Of a stretch of 64,000 nucleotides of DNA, positions 9,526 to 19,801 are shown in pieces. Positions within the stretch are counted from its first letter, which is position 1. Every line of letters begins with the position of its first letter. The notes under the pieces are model-generated. The model did not search any database, was not told where the DNA came from, and saw nothing but the letters and a program-made list of their open reading frames with translations. The stretch lies in the IMG/VR virus record IMGVR_UViG_3300027734_000034; one strand, 5' to 3'. Source of the DNA: a virus (taxonomy: Duplodnaviria; Heunggongvirae; Uroviricota; Caudoviricetes). The translations under genes were made by a program, and so were the position numbers.

Positions 9526-10254
9526 TCAGACAGGTACGGGTCGCTTTTCTAATTTATAGCGTTTTCCAAGCATATGTCCATACATTAATATCAAATAGCT
9601 TAGTGTACTTTCATTGTCATAGTCAATAGAATGATTTCCGCTAGTATAGCGATATTGCCAACTATTAATTGAAGCAATTGGGCGTCTAATATAGTCATTT
9701 AACCATATTTTCAATGCATTACTTGGAACCAATTCTTTACTTTTCTTGATGGTATCGTGCAAATCTTTAATAAAATCTCTTTCTTCAATATACTTAGATT
9801 TTAAATAAATTCTATACTTGTGCTTTGGCTCATTGACATAATACTTTGTACCAGCAAACTGCTCCAATTGCACTTCTGTGATTTTTACGGTAACTAGTCC
9901 AAGATCCTTCAATGTAAGCAACAAATCTAAATTGTTGCTGTACACTGACATAGTATCCATCTCAAGTCTGAAAGTTACTAATCCGGGATTTTTGTTACTG
10001 TTACGCCAATCAATGAAGTTATTAAGTTCATTGATTTTCTCCATCGTTACTGCTTTTCTATCTGCTCGTACCTTGCGATATCCGGTCTCATTCAATCTCC
10101 TAATCAACTCACCCGGAGATTTAACATAATTAGTGAATGCTAATCCATCGATAGTAAATTTAGCCCGATATCTATAGTTGTTGTAATAATTAGTTTCCTT
10201 ATATTCATAAAAATCAATATTAGGAATGTTTTCAACTGACCTCAATAATCCCAT
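9526..10254 (-). CDS. Hypothetical protein, 242 aa
   Basis: Intact ORF overlapping the end of clpA. Confidence 0.65.
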   Translation of the reverse strand: MGLLRSVENIPNIDFYEYKETNYYNNYRYRAKFTIDGLAFTNYVKSPGELIRRLNETGYRKVRADRKAVTMEKINELNNFIDWRNSNKNPGLVTFRLEMDTMSVYSNNLDLLLTLKDLGLVTVKITEVQLEQFAGTKYYVNEPKHKYRIYLKSKYIEERDFIKDLHDTIKKSKELVPSNALKIWLNDYIRRPIASINSWQYRYTSGNHSIDYDNESTLSYLILMYGHMLGKRYKLEKRPVPV

Positions 10255-12493
10255 CTTCGTTCACCTTGGCTGTTAGTTTATGTGTTACTGCAAAATCAAT
10301 TGCACCTTCGTTCATCACTACATTGATTGTAGCAGATTTAATACGTTCAAACAAGACTTTTTTACTTAGAGGTACCCGAATCAATTCATCAATCTTGCGA
10401 CTTAATGGTCGTGCGCCCATCTTCTTATCGTATCCTTGCTCTGCCAAATACTCAACTACTGGTTCACTTAGATTCAATACAATATCATGCTTGTCAACCA
10501 AACTCTTTTTCAAGTCATCGGTAAACTTGATAACAATCTTCTTAATCGCAAGTGTATCCAATTTGTTAAACTTGCAAATCAAGTCAACACGATTTCTAAA
10601 CTCGGGCTTGAAGAATTCTTTCAATGCTTTGTCATCTTCACCGGTCTTCTCTTGTGTGCCGAAGCCGATGTTGTTGCGTTCGCTATCACTACTACCTAAA
10701 TTACTGGTCATGATAATGATACTGTTCTTACAGTTAACTTGCTTACCATTACTTCCAGTGATATGACCTTCGTCCAACATCTGCAAGAAGATGTTAAAGA
10801 TATCTGGATGTGCTTTCTCAACTTCATCAAACAACATGATCGAATGTGGGTTCTTGCTCAAGTCATTGATCAATCGTCCACCTGACACTTGACTATCACC
10901 AAACCCAACATAACCCGGGGGAGGTCCAATCAAACTACTTACGCTATGTTTTTCTGAGTATTCGCTCATGTCATACTTAAGCAACGGCATGTCTAAATTC
11001 TTGCTTAGTAGTTTAGCAAGTTCAGTCTTACCGGTACCAGTTGGTCCCAAGAACAAGAAACTACCTGTTGGCTTAGTGTCATTACCAATACCAGCAAAGT
11101 TAACATAGACTCGCTCAAGTACCTGTTGTACAGTTTCATCTTGTCCGTATAGTTTGTCTTTGATGTTTGATTCTAAATTTTGAATCAATTCAAAGTTATC
11201 ACCCTTCATTTTATCAGCAGGTACTCCAGTGAATCGTTCAACTTGGTCAAACACAAGTTCTTTAGTAATGATTGCACCTTTGTTTTCTGCTACACGCTGT
11301 TTAGCACAAGCAGCATCAAGCAAATCAATAGATTTATCTGGGTTCTTACGGTCATGAATATAGCGGTCAGCACTTTCAACTGCTGCTTTGATTGCCTCAT
11401 CAGTAATTTCAACATTGTGAAAATCATTTAGTCTAAGACTCAATCCATTAAGAATGCGAATTGTTGTATCGTGGTTAGGTTCATCAACTGAGATACGATA
11501 GAACCTACGCATCAACGCACGGTCCTTCTCAAAGCTATCATAGTATTCTTCCCATGTTGTACTAGCAATAACTTTAAGAGTACCTTTAGTAATTGCAGGT
11601 TTAATCATGTTACTGAAATCAACCGACCCATTGTTAGCACCACCTGCGCCTTGCATAGTATGTGCCTCGTCAATAAAAAGAATAGTCTTTTTCTTTGTGT
11701 TCAATGCCTCAAGTACTTGCTTAACCTTTTCCTCAAAGTCACCGCGATACTTACTACCTGCAAGTAGTGACCCAATCTCTAAACTGTATAGTTGATGGTC
11801 TTGCAAGAATTCAGGCACTTCTTTATTAATCATCATCTGTGCTAGACCTTCAGCAATTGCTGTTTTACCAACACCAGGATCACCGACCATCAATACATTA
11901 CTCTTAAACCGTTTAGCAAGTACGTTAATGATATCATCAAGTTCTTTGCTACGACCAATCAATGGCTCAAGTTTACCTTGTGCTGCTAGTTGTGTCAGGT
12001 TGATTGTGTATTCTTCTAGTATCTCATCAGCTTGGTTCTCTGTTAGATTTCCAGTCTCACCATGCTTATAATGTTTTTGCCAATGTGATACAAATTCGTT
12101 TTTGTTAATTCCGTATTTCAACAAGAAATAATGTGCATGGCTATTGCCTTCTGACGCAATGCTTAAGTATAAGTCAACAGTAGTAACCTGTCTACGACCA
12201 CTAAACAATACTTGTGTGACGCAACGATTCATAACACGCTCTAAACTATTTGTTTTGCGTGGAACTACATCGTCATCTTTGCTTACGATAGCATGTAAAC
12301 TATCTAAGTATGCATTAATCTCTTGATCCATTGTTTCAACGTCTGCACCAAAACTATGCAAACATTTTTTGAATGAATTATGATTTATCAGTCCAAGTAG
12401 TAAATGTTCCACGGTTACATATTGATGTTTTCTTTCTTTAGCATAATGAATCGCTTGTTCAATAATACTATCTATTTCGGGTGAATGGTTCAT
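10232..12493 (-). CDS. clpA: ATP-dependent Clp protease ATP-binding subunit ClpA
   Basis: Clp N-domain ([13 protein letters not shown]); Walker A GDPGVGKT and GPTGTGKT; [28 protein letters not shown]; IGFG ClpP-docking loop; no ClpB coiled-coil M domain. Confidence 0.92.
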   Translation of the reverse strand: MNHSPEIDSIIEQAIHYAKERKHQYVTVEHLLLGLINHNSFKKCLHSFGADVETMDQEINAYLDSLHAIVSKDDDVVPRKTNSLERVMNRCVTQVLFSGRRQVTTVDLYLSIASEGNSHAHYFLLKYGINKNEFVSHWQKHYKHGETGNLTENQADEILEEYTINLTQLAAQGKLEPLIGRSKELDDIINVLAKRFKSNVLMVGDPGVGKTAIAEGLAQMMINKEVPEFLQDHQLYSLEIGSLLAGSKYRGDFEEKVKQVLEALNTKKKTILFIDEAHTMQGAGGANNGSVDFSNMIKPAITKGTLKVIASTTWEEYYDSFEKDRALMRRFYRISVDEPNHDTTIRILNGLSLRLNDFHNVEITDEAIKAAVESADRYIHDRKNPDKSIDLLDAACAKQRVAENKGAIITKELVFDQVERFTGVPADKMKGDNFELIQNLESNIKDKLYGQDETVQQVLERVYVNFAGIGNDTKPTGSFLFLGPTGTGKTELAKLLSKNLDMPLLKYDMSEYSEKHSVSSLIGPPPGYVGFGDSQVSGGRLINDLSKNPHSIMLFDEVEKAHPDIFNIFLQMLDEGHITGSNGKQVNCKNSIIIMTSNLGSSDSERNNIGFGTQEKTGEDDKALKEFFKPEFRNRVDLICKFNKLDTLAIKKIVIKFTDDLKKSLVDKHDIVLNLSEPVVEYLAEQGYDKKMGARPLSRKIDELIRVPLSKKVLFERIKSATINVVMNEGAIDFAVTHKLTAKVNEDGIIEVS

Positions 12494-13293
12494 TTTTGAT
12501 TCCTTTGTTGTTTGTATGCTGCAATAGTATTTACTAATTGTTCGTCTATGATATCAGGTATGAATGGCTTAAACAATATAATTTGGTCTCCGTAAACTGT
12601 TGAGTTAGGTATAGGCATCCCATGCCCTGCTAATTTTAATTGCATATATGGTTGTGTTTTTGGTTTAACTGTAACCTCTAATGTCTTTCCAGACAATGTT
12701 GTGAATTCAAAAGTTGTTCCAACAATTAAATCTAATACTGATATCGGGTGATTACATGATAAATCATTACCTTGTCTATCATATTTAAGATGGTTCTCCA
12801 CTCTGAAATCTACCATTAAACTAGCACCATCTATGACATTATCAATACGCATCTGATTGCCGTTGTTAATTCCTTTAGGTACTTGGATAGTAATAGCATG
12901 AGTGTTAGTGGGTGTTTGTAATTTTAATATTTGCTCTCCACCATAATATGCTTGTTCAAGTGTGATTCCTACTGTGGTTCTAAATGTTTGTGGTTGTTTG
13001 CGCTGTTGGCTAAACGGGTCAAACGGGTTGCCTCCGCCAAACATCTGACTAAAGATATGTTCAAACCCTGGGGGAACACCAGCTTGCTGATGAAATCCTT
13101 GGGGAGCAGGATTGTCGTATTGTTGTCGTTTGTTTGTATCGCTTAGTGTATCATAAGCGGCTTGAATATCTTGGAATTTAGCCTTGTCTCCGCCCTTGTC
13201 AGGATGATGCTGACTGGCTAGTTTCCTATATGCTTTTTTAATTTCGTCAGGTGATGCGTTTTTAGCTACACCTAATGTAGTATAATGATCCAT
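12490..13293 (-). CDS. dnaJ: DnaJ/CbpA-type co-chaperone (J domain + G/F region + C-terminal domain, no Zn finger)
   Basis: MDHYTTLGV...[18 protein letters not shown] (HPD motif). Confidence 0.9.
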   Translation of the reverse strand: MDHYTTLGVAKNASPDEIKKAYRKLASQHHPDKGGDKAKFQDIQAAYDTLSDTNKRQQYDNPAPQGFHQQAGVPPGFEHIFSQMFGGGNPFDPFSQQRKQPQTFRTTVGITLEQAYYGGEQILKLQTPTNTHAITIQVPKGINNGNQMRIDNVIDGASLMVDFRVENHLKYDRQGNDLSCNHPISVLDLIVGTTFEFTTLSGKTLEVTVKPKTQPYMQLKLAGHGMPIPNSTVYGDQIILFKPFIPDIIDEQLVNTIAAYKQQRNQK

Positions 13294-13299
13294 TCAATT

Positions 13300-13328
13300 A
13301 TTATAGCACAACATTATGCTAATGTCAA
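13300..13328 (-). promoter_or_regulatory. sigma70 promoter giving a probably leaderless dnaJ-clpA mRNA
   Basis: TTGACA-17 nt-TATAAT, then 6 nt (aattga) and the ATG of dnaJ. Confidence 0.85.
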
Positions 13329-13333
13329 CACCT

Positions 13334-13933
13334 TTAGTTAGCGCCGGCAACCTTTTCTTTAGTACGACCGTATGCTGCAATACCCAAAACAGCACCCATA
13401 GCGATATGATATAGTCCTGCACCTTGTAGTGTCAATGGTTGCCATTGACTAGTTACTGCACCTTTACTGAGTGCTTGTAGTAGACTCCAAAGAATTGGGA
13501 ACACAATGAAATCAGTAAGGCATGTAGCCATATATAGCCATCCCATTGCGGGACGCCATTTTGAATTTATCCAATGTTCACTTTCTTTATCATTTGCAAC
13601 TAATACATCAGCACCGCTTGCTGCATTAGTGGGTGCTGCACCAGTTAGTACTGGTTGTTGTCCACTTGATTGATTGATGTTTTGAGTACTTCCAAATCCT
13701 GTGTTTGGTTGTTGGTTGAAGCTAGGGGAGTTAAAACTGTTTTGATTGAATCCAGACGCTCCCGTTCCAAACGTTGAATTTCCACCAAAGCCTGTTGTAG
13801 TATTTGTTGTTCCATAAGTACTTCCTTGTGGAAATTGCGGAATTGTTGGATCCGCTGCTAACAAATCATGTTGATCATCACTCTTTGCTACTGCTAAATC
13901 TGTTGACGCTTTTTGTGCTAGAATAGTTGCCAT
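13334..13933 (-). CDS. Holin-like membrane protein (GTA 3TM holin-like) with a low-complexity N-terminus
   Basis: C-terminal KWRPAMGWLY...TM...MGAVLGIAAYGRTKEK resembles the 3TM holin signature (WRP...G...RTxEK). Confidence 0.55.
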   Translation of the reverse strand: MATILAQKASTDLAVAKSDDQHDLLAADPTIPQFPQGSTYGTTNTTTGFGGNSTFGTGASGFNQNSFNSPSFNQQPNTGFGSTQNINQSSGQQPVLTGAAPTNAASGADVLVANDKESEHWINSKWRPAMGWLYMATCLTDFIVFPILWSLLQALSKGAVTSQWQPLTLQGAGLYHIAMGAVLGIAAYGRTKEKVAGAN

Positions 13934-13934
13934 T

Positions 13935-14483
13935 TTATAATCCTGCCATTGCTATGTATGCTTGTATCTCACTATCTGGTTTACCATATAATTTTACAGT
14001 TTCTAGTCCGGCGCGTCTACGCATCTCATTTAAATCTTCTTGGTTTTCTTCTTCAACACGATATTCGTGTGGACTAATAGTAATTACTTGCTTCAATACT
14101 TCCGGGTCAGCATCGTATTCTTCTTCATCAATAGAAATAGTCCAATCATTTATTGTTAACTCGGTAAGTGTTTCTAAATCATCAATCAATTCTACAATGC
14201 GTTCTGGAACTTTTGTTCTACGCTTCATCTCAACAAATACTAGATACTTACCAGGACTTAATTCACCTTCGCTTAAGCTAGAATCTAGTATCCAATCATA
14301 TCCACGCTCAAACCAGTCAACCAAATCATTTCCTGCTGCTTCGCTTTTAACAACAAATGCCAATGTAACAATGTCACTGTCTTTGCCCATCTTAGCAGCA
14401 TACTCATCTACAGAAACGGTAGGTTCTATTTGATCTACCATATCCAAATAATCTAAGCCTTCATTAATGATTCTTCTTGTCAT
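13935..14483 (-). CDS. Hypothetical acidic phage protein
   Basis: Intact ORF in a late operon; N-terminus MTRRIINE. Confidence 0.65.
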   Translation of the reverse strand: MTRRIINEGLDYLDMVDQIEPTVSVDEYAAKMGKDSDIVTLAFVVKSEAAGNDLVDWFERGYDWILDSSLSEGELSPGKYLVFVEMKRRTKVPERIVELIDDLETLTELTINDWTISIDEEEYDADPEVLKQVITISPHEYRVEEENQEDLNEMRRRAGLETVKLYGKPDSEIQAYIAMAGL

Positions 14484-14491
14484 GTTATACC

Positions 14492-15106
14492 TTACATTGG
14501 GGCTGCGGTTCCGGCGGCGGGCGGAGCACCTGGTGGCATACCGCCCATTCCTGCATCGCCTGCCTCTTGTTCTTCTGTGTCTTGCCCATCGTCTTTATCT
14601 AAATCTTCATCGTATGAATTATCTAATTCTTCCAGATCAATTGTCTGTCCAGCTAAGTCAATAGAACCTTCTTTGATATCATCTAGTAATTCTTTAGGAA
14701 TCTCAATGTAAACAAACCAAACCTTCTTTGGTTTCATCTTTGGATATCTACCACCAGGAACAAAATCTTCGTAATCTTTAACTTCTACTGGAACTTCTAT
14801 CTCGCTTTTAGCAAACTTAACTTTACACCCAATTGCTACTAATCGTCTAGCACCCTTTGGATTTGGCATTAAATCATATGGCCACATGAATATGCAGTTG
14901 ACAGAATAGCGTTTTACCATTGGACCTTGGACTAATTCACCTAGTTCCCAGTTTCTGTATGCATATAAATCAGATTCATCTAGTACTCTTTCAAAGTCTA
15001 GCAGGGTATTCATTGAACCATCGCTGGTAAATATGCCCTTTACGGTGTCAATAATGCTGACGTAATCAACATTGTCAAAGAAATTGTCGGCGGTTTCGTG
15101 CTTCAT
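14492..15106 (-). CDS. Hypothetical phage protein with an acidic/Gly-Pro-Ala tail
   Basis: Intact ORF; TAAATA 5 nt upstream of the ATG. Confidence 0.65.
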   Translation of the reverse strand: MKHETADNFFDNVDYVSIIDTVKGIFTSDGSMNTLLDFERVLDESDLYAYRNWELGELVQGPMVKRYSVNCIFMWPYDLMPNPKGARRLVAIGCKVKFAKSEIEVPVEVKDYEDFVPGGRYPKMKPKKVWFVYIEIPKELLDDIKEGSIDLAGQTIDLEELDNSYDEDLDKDDGQDTEEQEAGDAGMGGMPPGAPPAAGTAAPM

Positions 15107-15111
15107 TAATA

Positions 15112-15117
15112 TATTTA
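15112..15117 (-). promoter_or_regulatory. Late promoter TAAATA, probably leaderless
   Basis: TAAATA-tatta-ATG with no SD. Confidence 0.6.
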
Positions 15118-15276
15118 TCTTTTATTGATTATTAGCACTAATAAGAAATACTTGACCGTAGCCTTATATTTAGTCTACAGAATTGTGTTAAAAGTATGTT
15201 ACTTTACATCATCAAAATTCATTTAAATAATAATGAGTATTATGAGTACTCACGCTCTTATGAAGGAGAATTTACA

Positions 15277-16059
15277 TTGAGCAAACGGAAAACCAGTGCT
15301 TTACGCACTACCCAGCAAGATCCTCGCTTTACAAGCAAAAAAACAAATCAAACTTTTTACATGAAAGAATCAAAAACAATAGACTTTTCACAGGCTCAGA
15401 AATCTGTACGTATCAATAAAAGACCCGTACAGTTAGTTCCCAAATCACTGAATCAAGAAAATTACATTATCGCACTATTAGATGAGAACACCGATATCGT
15501 TGTTGTCACTGGTCCTGCGGGCACAGGTAAAACTTATTTGGCGATGCAAGCAGCTATTAAAGCAATGCGTGATGGTGAATGTGATAGAATCATATTATCC
15601 AGACCGGCAGTAGGGGTAGATGATGAAAAACACGGGTTCTTGCCCGGTGATATCAATCAAAAGATGGAACCGTGGACAAGACCATTAATGGATGTATTAC
15701 GTGAGTACTACACACAGTCAGAAATTACTCATATGTTAGAAGAACAAATCATAGAGATTGCCCCATTGGCATTCTGTCGTGGTCGTAACTTCAAACATAG
15801 TTGGGTAGTGTTAGATGAAGCGCAAAATGCAACACCTGGTCAACTCAAAATGATTATGACTAGAATCGGCGTTGGCAGTAAGATTGTAATTACTGGCGAT
15901 ATTGAACAAGCCGATAGAAAATCAGCCGACAATGGGCTACTAGACTTACAAAATCGATTGAGGAAGGGGGTGATACCAGGGTTGCAATTATGTACCTTTG
16001 ACATTAAAGATGTTCAGAGGCACCGCATCATTGAACATGTACTAAACTTGTACAGTTAA
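15277..16059 (+). CDS. phoH: PhoH-like ATPase
   Basis: GPAGTGKT, SRPAV, GFLPGDINQKMEPW, PLAFCRGR, DEAQN, TGDIEQ; probable TTG start after SD aaggag. Confidence 0.92.
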   Translation: MSKRKTSALRTTQQDPRFTSKKTNQTFYMKESKTIDFSQAQKSVRINKRPVQLVPKSLNQENYIIALLDENTDIVVVTGPAGTGKTYLAMQAAIKAMRDGECDRIILSRPAVGVDDEKHGFLPGDINQKMEPWTRPLMDVLREYYTQSEITHMLEEQIIEIAPLAFCRGRNFKHSWVVLDEAQNATPGQLKMIMTRIGVGSKIVITGDIEQADRKSADNGLLDLQNRLRKGVIPGLQLCTFDIKDVQRHRIIEHVLNLYS

Positions 16060-16083
16060 AAAGAGGGGCATTGCCCCTCTTTT
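16059..16083. terminator. Bidirectional terminator between convergent genes
   Basis: Perfect inverted repeat aaaagaggggca-t-tgcccctctttt. Confidence 0.85.
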
Positions 16084-16351
16084 ACTTCTTCTGAACTTCA
16101 CTTTCAGTATTGCTTTTTTCTAACTGGTCAATCAATGTAGGATAGACTTTTTTGTAATATTCATTTAGTTTCTCCCAACCAGTATCTACTACGTTACCTT
16201 CAATTACACATTTCTGTACTTTCTGTTTACCATAATCTAATATGACATTGCAGGTTTGAAGGTCAGATGTGCGTAGTCTTTTACTAATACTAACTTGTTC
16301 ATCAATTTGTCCGTTTGGCTTACGAACAAATATAATCAATAAATATCTCAC
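16082..16351 (-). CDS. Hypothetical protein, 89 aa
   Basis: ATGA-coupled to the clamp loader gene. Confidence 0.65.
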   Translation of the reverse strand: MRYLLIIFVRKPNGQIDEQVSISKRLRTSDLQTCNVILDYGKQKVQKCVIEGNVVDTGWEKLNEYYKKVYPTLIDQLEKSNTESEVQKK

Positions 16352-17274
16352 GATGTTAACTCCACTAAGGTTGCTGCTAGACTAATTTCAGGGATTCCTA
16401 CTAACGGCAATTGTGCAAGACCATTGCGAATGAATATGATACTTGCATCACGCTTTTCTTGCTGTGTGCCCCACAAGTCTAAGTTATCGTACATCCATTT
16501 ATATGTATCTTCGATACGTGTTGGATATAATGCAATGTATTGCATCAGTTGCTGACGACCTTCAATAATCTTTCCGGCTTTAAACAAAGTTGTTGCTTCT
16601 AACAATAACTCATGTTCGCTGTTACCCTGTGATTGCGGGGGCAATAGTTTACCTGTGCTGCTATTGACTTGTAGTTGATTCAGACATTTACGTAAGTCTG
16701 GGTATGCCACACGCACATAGCTGTCCAATGTATCTAAATCAAACTCTACTCCCTCAGTTACAAGAACCGTTGCGGCTCTTGCTGTATATTCTGTGCGATC
16801 GGGTTTAGCGATATGAAACTTGTGGCAACGACTCTCACGCAATGCTGGAATGATTTTGTGTTCATAGTTACAAGTAAGAATGAACCTCACTGTATCAGCA
16901 TATGCTTCCATATCGTTACGCAATGCTGCTTGAAACTCTGGGCTTGTATAGTCAGCCTCGTCAAGTAATATCACTTTGAACTTACCAAACGGCATTGTCT
17001 GTGCGAATCCATTGATCTTATCACGCACAATTGCAACACCATTCTCACGACTTGCATTGATTTCTAGTACATCATAATCTTCTACACCTAACTCATTTAT
17101 CAATACTTTAGCTAATGTAGTCTTACCAGTACCGGGGTCACCACTCAACAATAAATGAGGGATACTACCATTAGTGATCCAACCTTCTACTTGTTGTTTT
17201 TGTCGTTCGTCTACGAATACATAATCTGTTACAGATTTTGGACGATACTTTTCTACCCAAAGTTGATTCTTCAT
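16348..17274 (-). CDS. Sliding-clamp loader AAA+ subunit (T4 gp44/RFC small subunit-like)
   Basis: LWVEKYRP, GDPGTGKT, EINAS, ILLDEAD, Q.ALR, ESRC (SRC motif), DLRKCLNQLQ. Confidence 0.9.
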   Translation of the reverse strand: MKNQLWVEKYRPKSVTDYVFVDERQKQQVEGWITNGSIPHLLLSGDPGTGKTTLAKVLINELGVEDYDVLEINASRENGVAIVRDKINGFAQTMPFGKFKVILLDEADYTSPEFQAALRNDMEAYADTVRFILTCNYEHKIIPALRESRCHKFHIAKPDRTEYTARAATVLVTEGVEFDLDTLDSYVRVAYPDLRKCLNQLQVNSSTGKLLPPQSQGNSEHELLLEATTLFKAGKIIEGRQQLMQYIALYPTRIEDTYKWMYDNLDLWGTQQEKRDASIIFIRNGLAQLPLVGIPEISLAATLVELTS

Positions 17275-17579
17275 TTTCTAAGCATTTCAAAAGTTATGAT
17301 GTGTGCGATACTTTGACCTAAGTCTTGGTCACTAGTGATGATATGCAATGCTGTACTGCGTTCATCTGTTCTAGGGTCATACGTACTATATTCCATTACA
17401 TATCCACCGTTTGCTGAATAGATTGTGAAGTTCATACCATTATGATCTAATCTACGACCTTTACTAGAAGTAACAATGTGTCGGTCCATGGGAATCAACC
17501 CATTATCACCATCACTTCGAACTTTATCCCAATCTTCTCTAACCCAGCTAATAACTTTTTTCTTAAACCAATTTATCAT
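17271..17579 (-). CDS. Hypothetical protein, 102 aa
   Basis: Coupled ORF within the operon. Confidence 0.65.
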   Translation of the reverse strand: MINWFKKKVISWVREDWDKVRSDGDNGLIPMDRHIVTSSKGRRLDHNGMNFTIYSANGGYVMEYSTYDPRTDERSTALHIITSDQDLGQSIAHIITFEMLRK

Positions 17580-17989
17580 TAATACACCTTGTCGCTAAAT
17601 GTTTCGTCATATACTTGTTCATCTGACGCTAATAGTATATCACTAGGATCAACTCTACGCAATGTTTTCTTACCCGTTTCATCTTCAATATCGATTCCAC
17701 GTGTCCAGCGACCATGACTTACCATGACCCATAGTTCTTCATACAAATCAGGGTCTTTATTCTCTGCGCCAATCTTGTATATCTTTCCCCAGCGAGGTCT
17801 GATACCAGCACTTTTCATATCATCATTGGGTAGTAGTATACCGCTAGTGGTAATACGAACATCAAAACTCATATCATAAACAATGATATGTGCGCCGATT
17901 GGTTTGAATTGACTTTTCTTAAACTTATGCGGTTCAAACGCTAATTTCTTTTCGTCAGTGGTTTCAAAGTCTAGTGTAATTTCTTCCAT
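17579..17989 (-). CDS. groES: GroES/Cpn10-like co-chaperonin
   Basis: FKPIGAHIIV...TTSGILLP...GKIYKIG...SDILLA follows the GroES pattern (kPLgDrvlV, T.gGI.lP, g.VvaVG, .dIla). Confidence 0.75.
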   Translation of the reverse strand: MEEITLDFETTDEKKLAFEPHKFKKSQFKPIGAHIIVYDMSFDVRITTSGILLPNDDMKSAGIRPRWGKIYKIGAENKDPDLYEELWVMVSHGRWTRGIDIEDETGKKTLRRVDPSDILLASDEQVYDETFSDKVY

Positions 17990-17990
17990 A

Positions 17991-18371
17991 TTATTTCTTC
18001 TTGGTTGCTTTCTTTACTTCTTCTTCTTTTATTTTTTCAACTTCAATATCATCTTCTAAAAATTCATCCAACTCACGCTCATGCTCTGTTAGTTCTGGAA
18101 TTTCTACTGGTGATGCTACTTTAGCATCTGGTTGTATTTTTGATTGGGGCTTTGGTATATTTTTTGTTGCTTGTGCAGAACGATTACCTACTGTTTTCCC
18201 ATATGCTTCATTAACTTTGGCAGTTACTGGTTTGATAATTCTTCCGTATGCATCAATCGTATCTCCACGTGCATTTACGCCCATGTTACCAACTGCTCTA
18301 GTTTTTTCATTCTTAGCTAGAATCGCAGACATATCAACTGTTTTGCCCATTGCTGTTCTATGTGTAGCCAT
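17991..18371 (-). CDS. Hypothetical protein, 126 aa
   Basis: SD ggag; intact ORF. Confidence 0.65.
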   Translation of the reverse strand: MATHRTAMGKTVDMSAILAKNEKTRAVGNMGVNARGDTIDAYGRIIKPVTAKVNEAYGKTVGNRSAQATKNIPKPQSKIQPDAKVASPVEIPELTEHERELDEFLEDDIEVEKIKEEEVKKATKKK

Positions 18372-18381
18372 TTTAATCTCC

Positions 18382-18891
18382 TTATTTTAAAAATTCATCT
18401 ACCGACAATTGGTAGTACAAGCTATTTATTCTGTGAATTCCTATCAAATACAATACATAGCTTGCCACACTACTACCACGACCCACTCCCCATACGATAT
18501 TGTTTCTACGCATTGTGTCCACAAGGTACTTCAAGTACTGTAGTAGTGGGAACATACTCCTATCATGGAATTTTATCAGTTCATCACCTGCACGTTGTAG
18601 TTCTTCTTCGTTTTTACATTGATCCAATACCCATTTAGCAATATCCATTTCATAGTATTCAATGGGCATGTGCCATTGTGATTGATTGTGATTATCAAAT
18701 TGTTCCAATGATAACTTACTGTCAACATATTCTACTAGTATGGGTAGATTTTCGTTAGACAGAAAAATATCATCTAAGTTGATTTTCTTATCTACAAAAC
18801 ACCCTTTGATAGTTCGTATTGGATCACGCATATATAAATCACAGAGATCATTTTCTGTGAGAATAATCTGCCCATACATATCTGTTTTCAT
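18382..18891 (-). CDS. Standalone fragment of DNA polymerase III alpha (DnaE-like), ending before the catalytic DxD
   Basis: RRNNIVWGVGRGSSVASYVLYLIGIHRINSLYYQLSVDEFLK* aligns by eye to DnaE GPGRGSxAGSLVAYALxITxxDP...FERFL; probable start MKTDMYG at 18891. Confidence 0.75.
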   Translation of the reverse strand: MKTDMYGQIILTENDLCDLYMRDPIRTIKGCFVDKKINLDDIFLSNENLPILVEYVDSKLSLEQFDNHNQSQWHMPIEYYEMDIAKWVLDQCKNEEELQRAGDELIKFHDRSMFPLLQYLKYLVDTMRRNNIVWGVGRGSSVASYVLYLIGIHRINSLYYQLSVDEFLK

Positions 18892-18897
18892 CCATGA

Positions 18898-18926
18898 ATG
18901 ATAACATAGACTGTTGAGCAAATCAA
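18898..18926 (-). promoter_or_regulatory. sigma70 promoter, leaderless for the DnaE fragment
   Basis: TTGATT-17 nt-TATCAT, then 6 nt and ATG. Confidence 0.65.
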
Positions 18927-18929
18927 CAG

Positions 18930-19523
18930 TTATGGTTGTTTATCCTGAAAAATAATTTCAGTAGTTTTGTATTCTTTTTGTTCCCAATCTAAACCAACGC
19001 TTGCCCAATCGCAATGTTGTTTAATTAGTTTAACTATTTTTTCTTTTTTATTAGTTTTAGCTACATCAGACATAACGGTGCTGCATTCTGACCACCACGA
19101 TTTATTACCAAAAGGATGGTTGCTAGCAGTATCTATATCATATATAAATTTAACATCATCACTTAATCCAGATCGTAGTGAGATAGTATTTACATGAAGT
19201 TTACCTTCAGTGATAGCATTAAGTTTTAATAATAATAGAATGGTTATAATTTGATCGTATGGTTCTTCTGGAAGAGTGCATACTTTAATATCTGCTTGTA
19301 GATATTTTTCTATAGCCTTTTTGTCTGTGTGTTCTACGAATACACTATTTTCTAAACACTCAGTTAAGAAATAAGTTATTCTATCCATTGCTATATTTTG
19401 CTCTTTAATAGATGCTGTATCAACTTCCATTCCTAATGAAAGTTCATATACAGTCATTAAGAAGTATCCTTCAAAATGAACCGCTGCTTGGAATGCGAAT
19501 TCACGTTCTATTTTTGTTGCCAC
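18930..19523 (-). CDS. Hypothetical protein
   Basis: Probable GTG start at 19523 after gaggg; the track's longer N-terminus overlaps the upstream gene. Confidence 0.6.
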   Translation of the reverse strand: MATKIEREFAFQAAVHFEGYFLMTVYELSLGMEVDTASIKEQNIAMDRITYFLTECLENSVFVEHTDKKAIEKYLQADIKVCTLPEEPYDQIITILLLLKLNAITEGKLHVNTISLRSGLSDDVKFIYDIDTASNHPFGNKSWWSECSTVMSDVAKTNKKEKIVKLIKQHCDWASVGLDWEQKEYKTTEIIFQDKQP

Positions 19524-19764
19524 TTTCACCCTCTTTTTGTATGTAGACTTGATTCTTGAGGTTTTGTTTTTCCATAACCTGATCAAGTTTCTCGCCAGCT
19601 TCTCTGCGATAGCTTTCGATTACCATAGTAAGCTGATTGATTAATGGACGATTACCCATTTTATAGGCAAAGTTTAGCTTATTCATTAAACCGGTGATAT
19701 CGGTCTGAATTTCTTCAAGTGTCTTTTCAGACAATTGTTTTCTGTCTAAGAATGGATGTTCCAT
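19501..19764 (-). CDS. Hypothetical protein, 87 aa
   Basis: TAAATA (19770-19775) 5 nt before the ATG. Confidence 0.65.
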   Translation of the reverse strand: MEHPFLDRKQLSEKTLEEIQTDITGLMNKLNFAYKMGNRPLINQLTMVIESYRREAGEKLDQVMEKQNLKNQVYIQKEGESGNKNRT

Positions 19765-19801
19765 TCAAATATTTAGTTAGGTTTTAAGTACCCATTATAT
19801 T

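Noticed and set aside
15196-15276. 27-aa N-terminal extension of PhoH in the track, and a possible 15-aa uORF (ATG 15233 to TGA 15280)
   Set aside because: A strong SD (aaggag) sits before TTG 15277, so the extension is unlikely. The uORF could be chance, and I found no Pho box here.
18360-18930. DnaE fragment as a pseudogene, frameshift or intein-split gene
   Set aside because: The ORF has its own promoter and a clean stop; the next gene has its own SD and no DnaE motifs; no intein Cys/His-Asn termini are visible.
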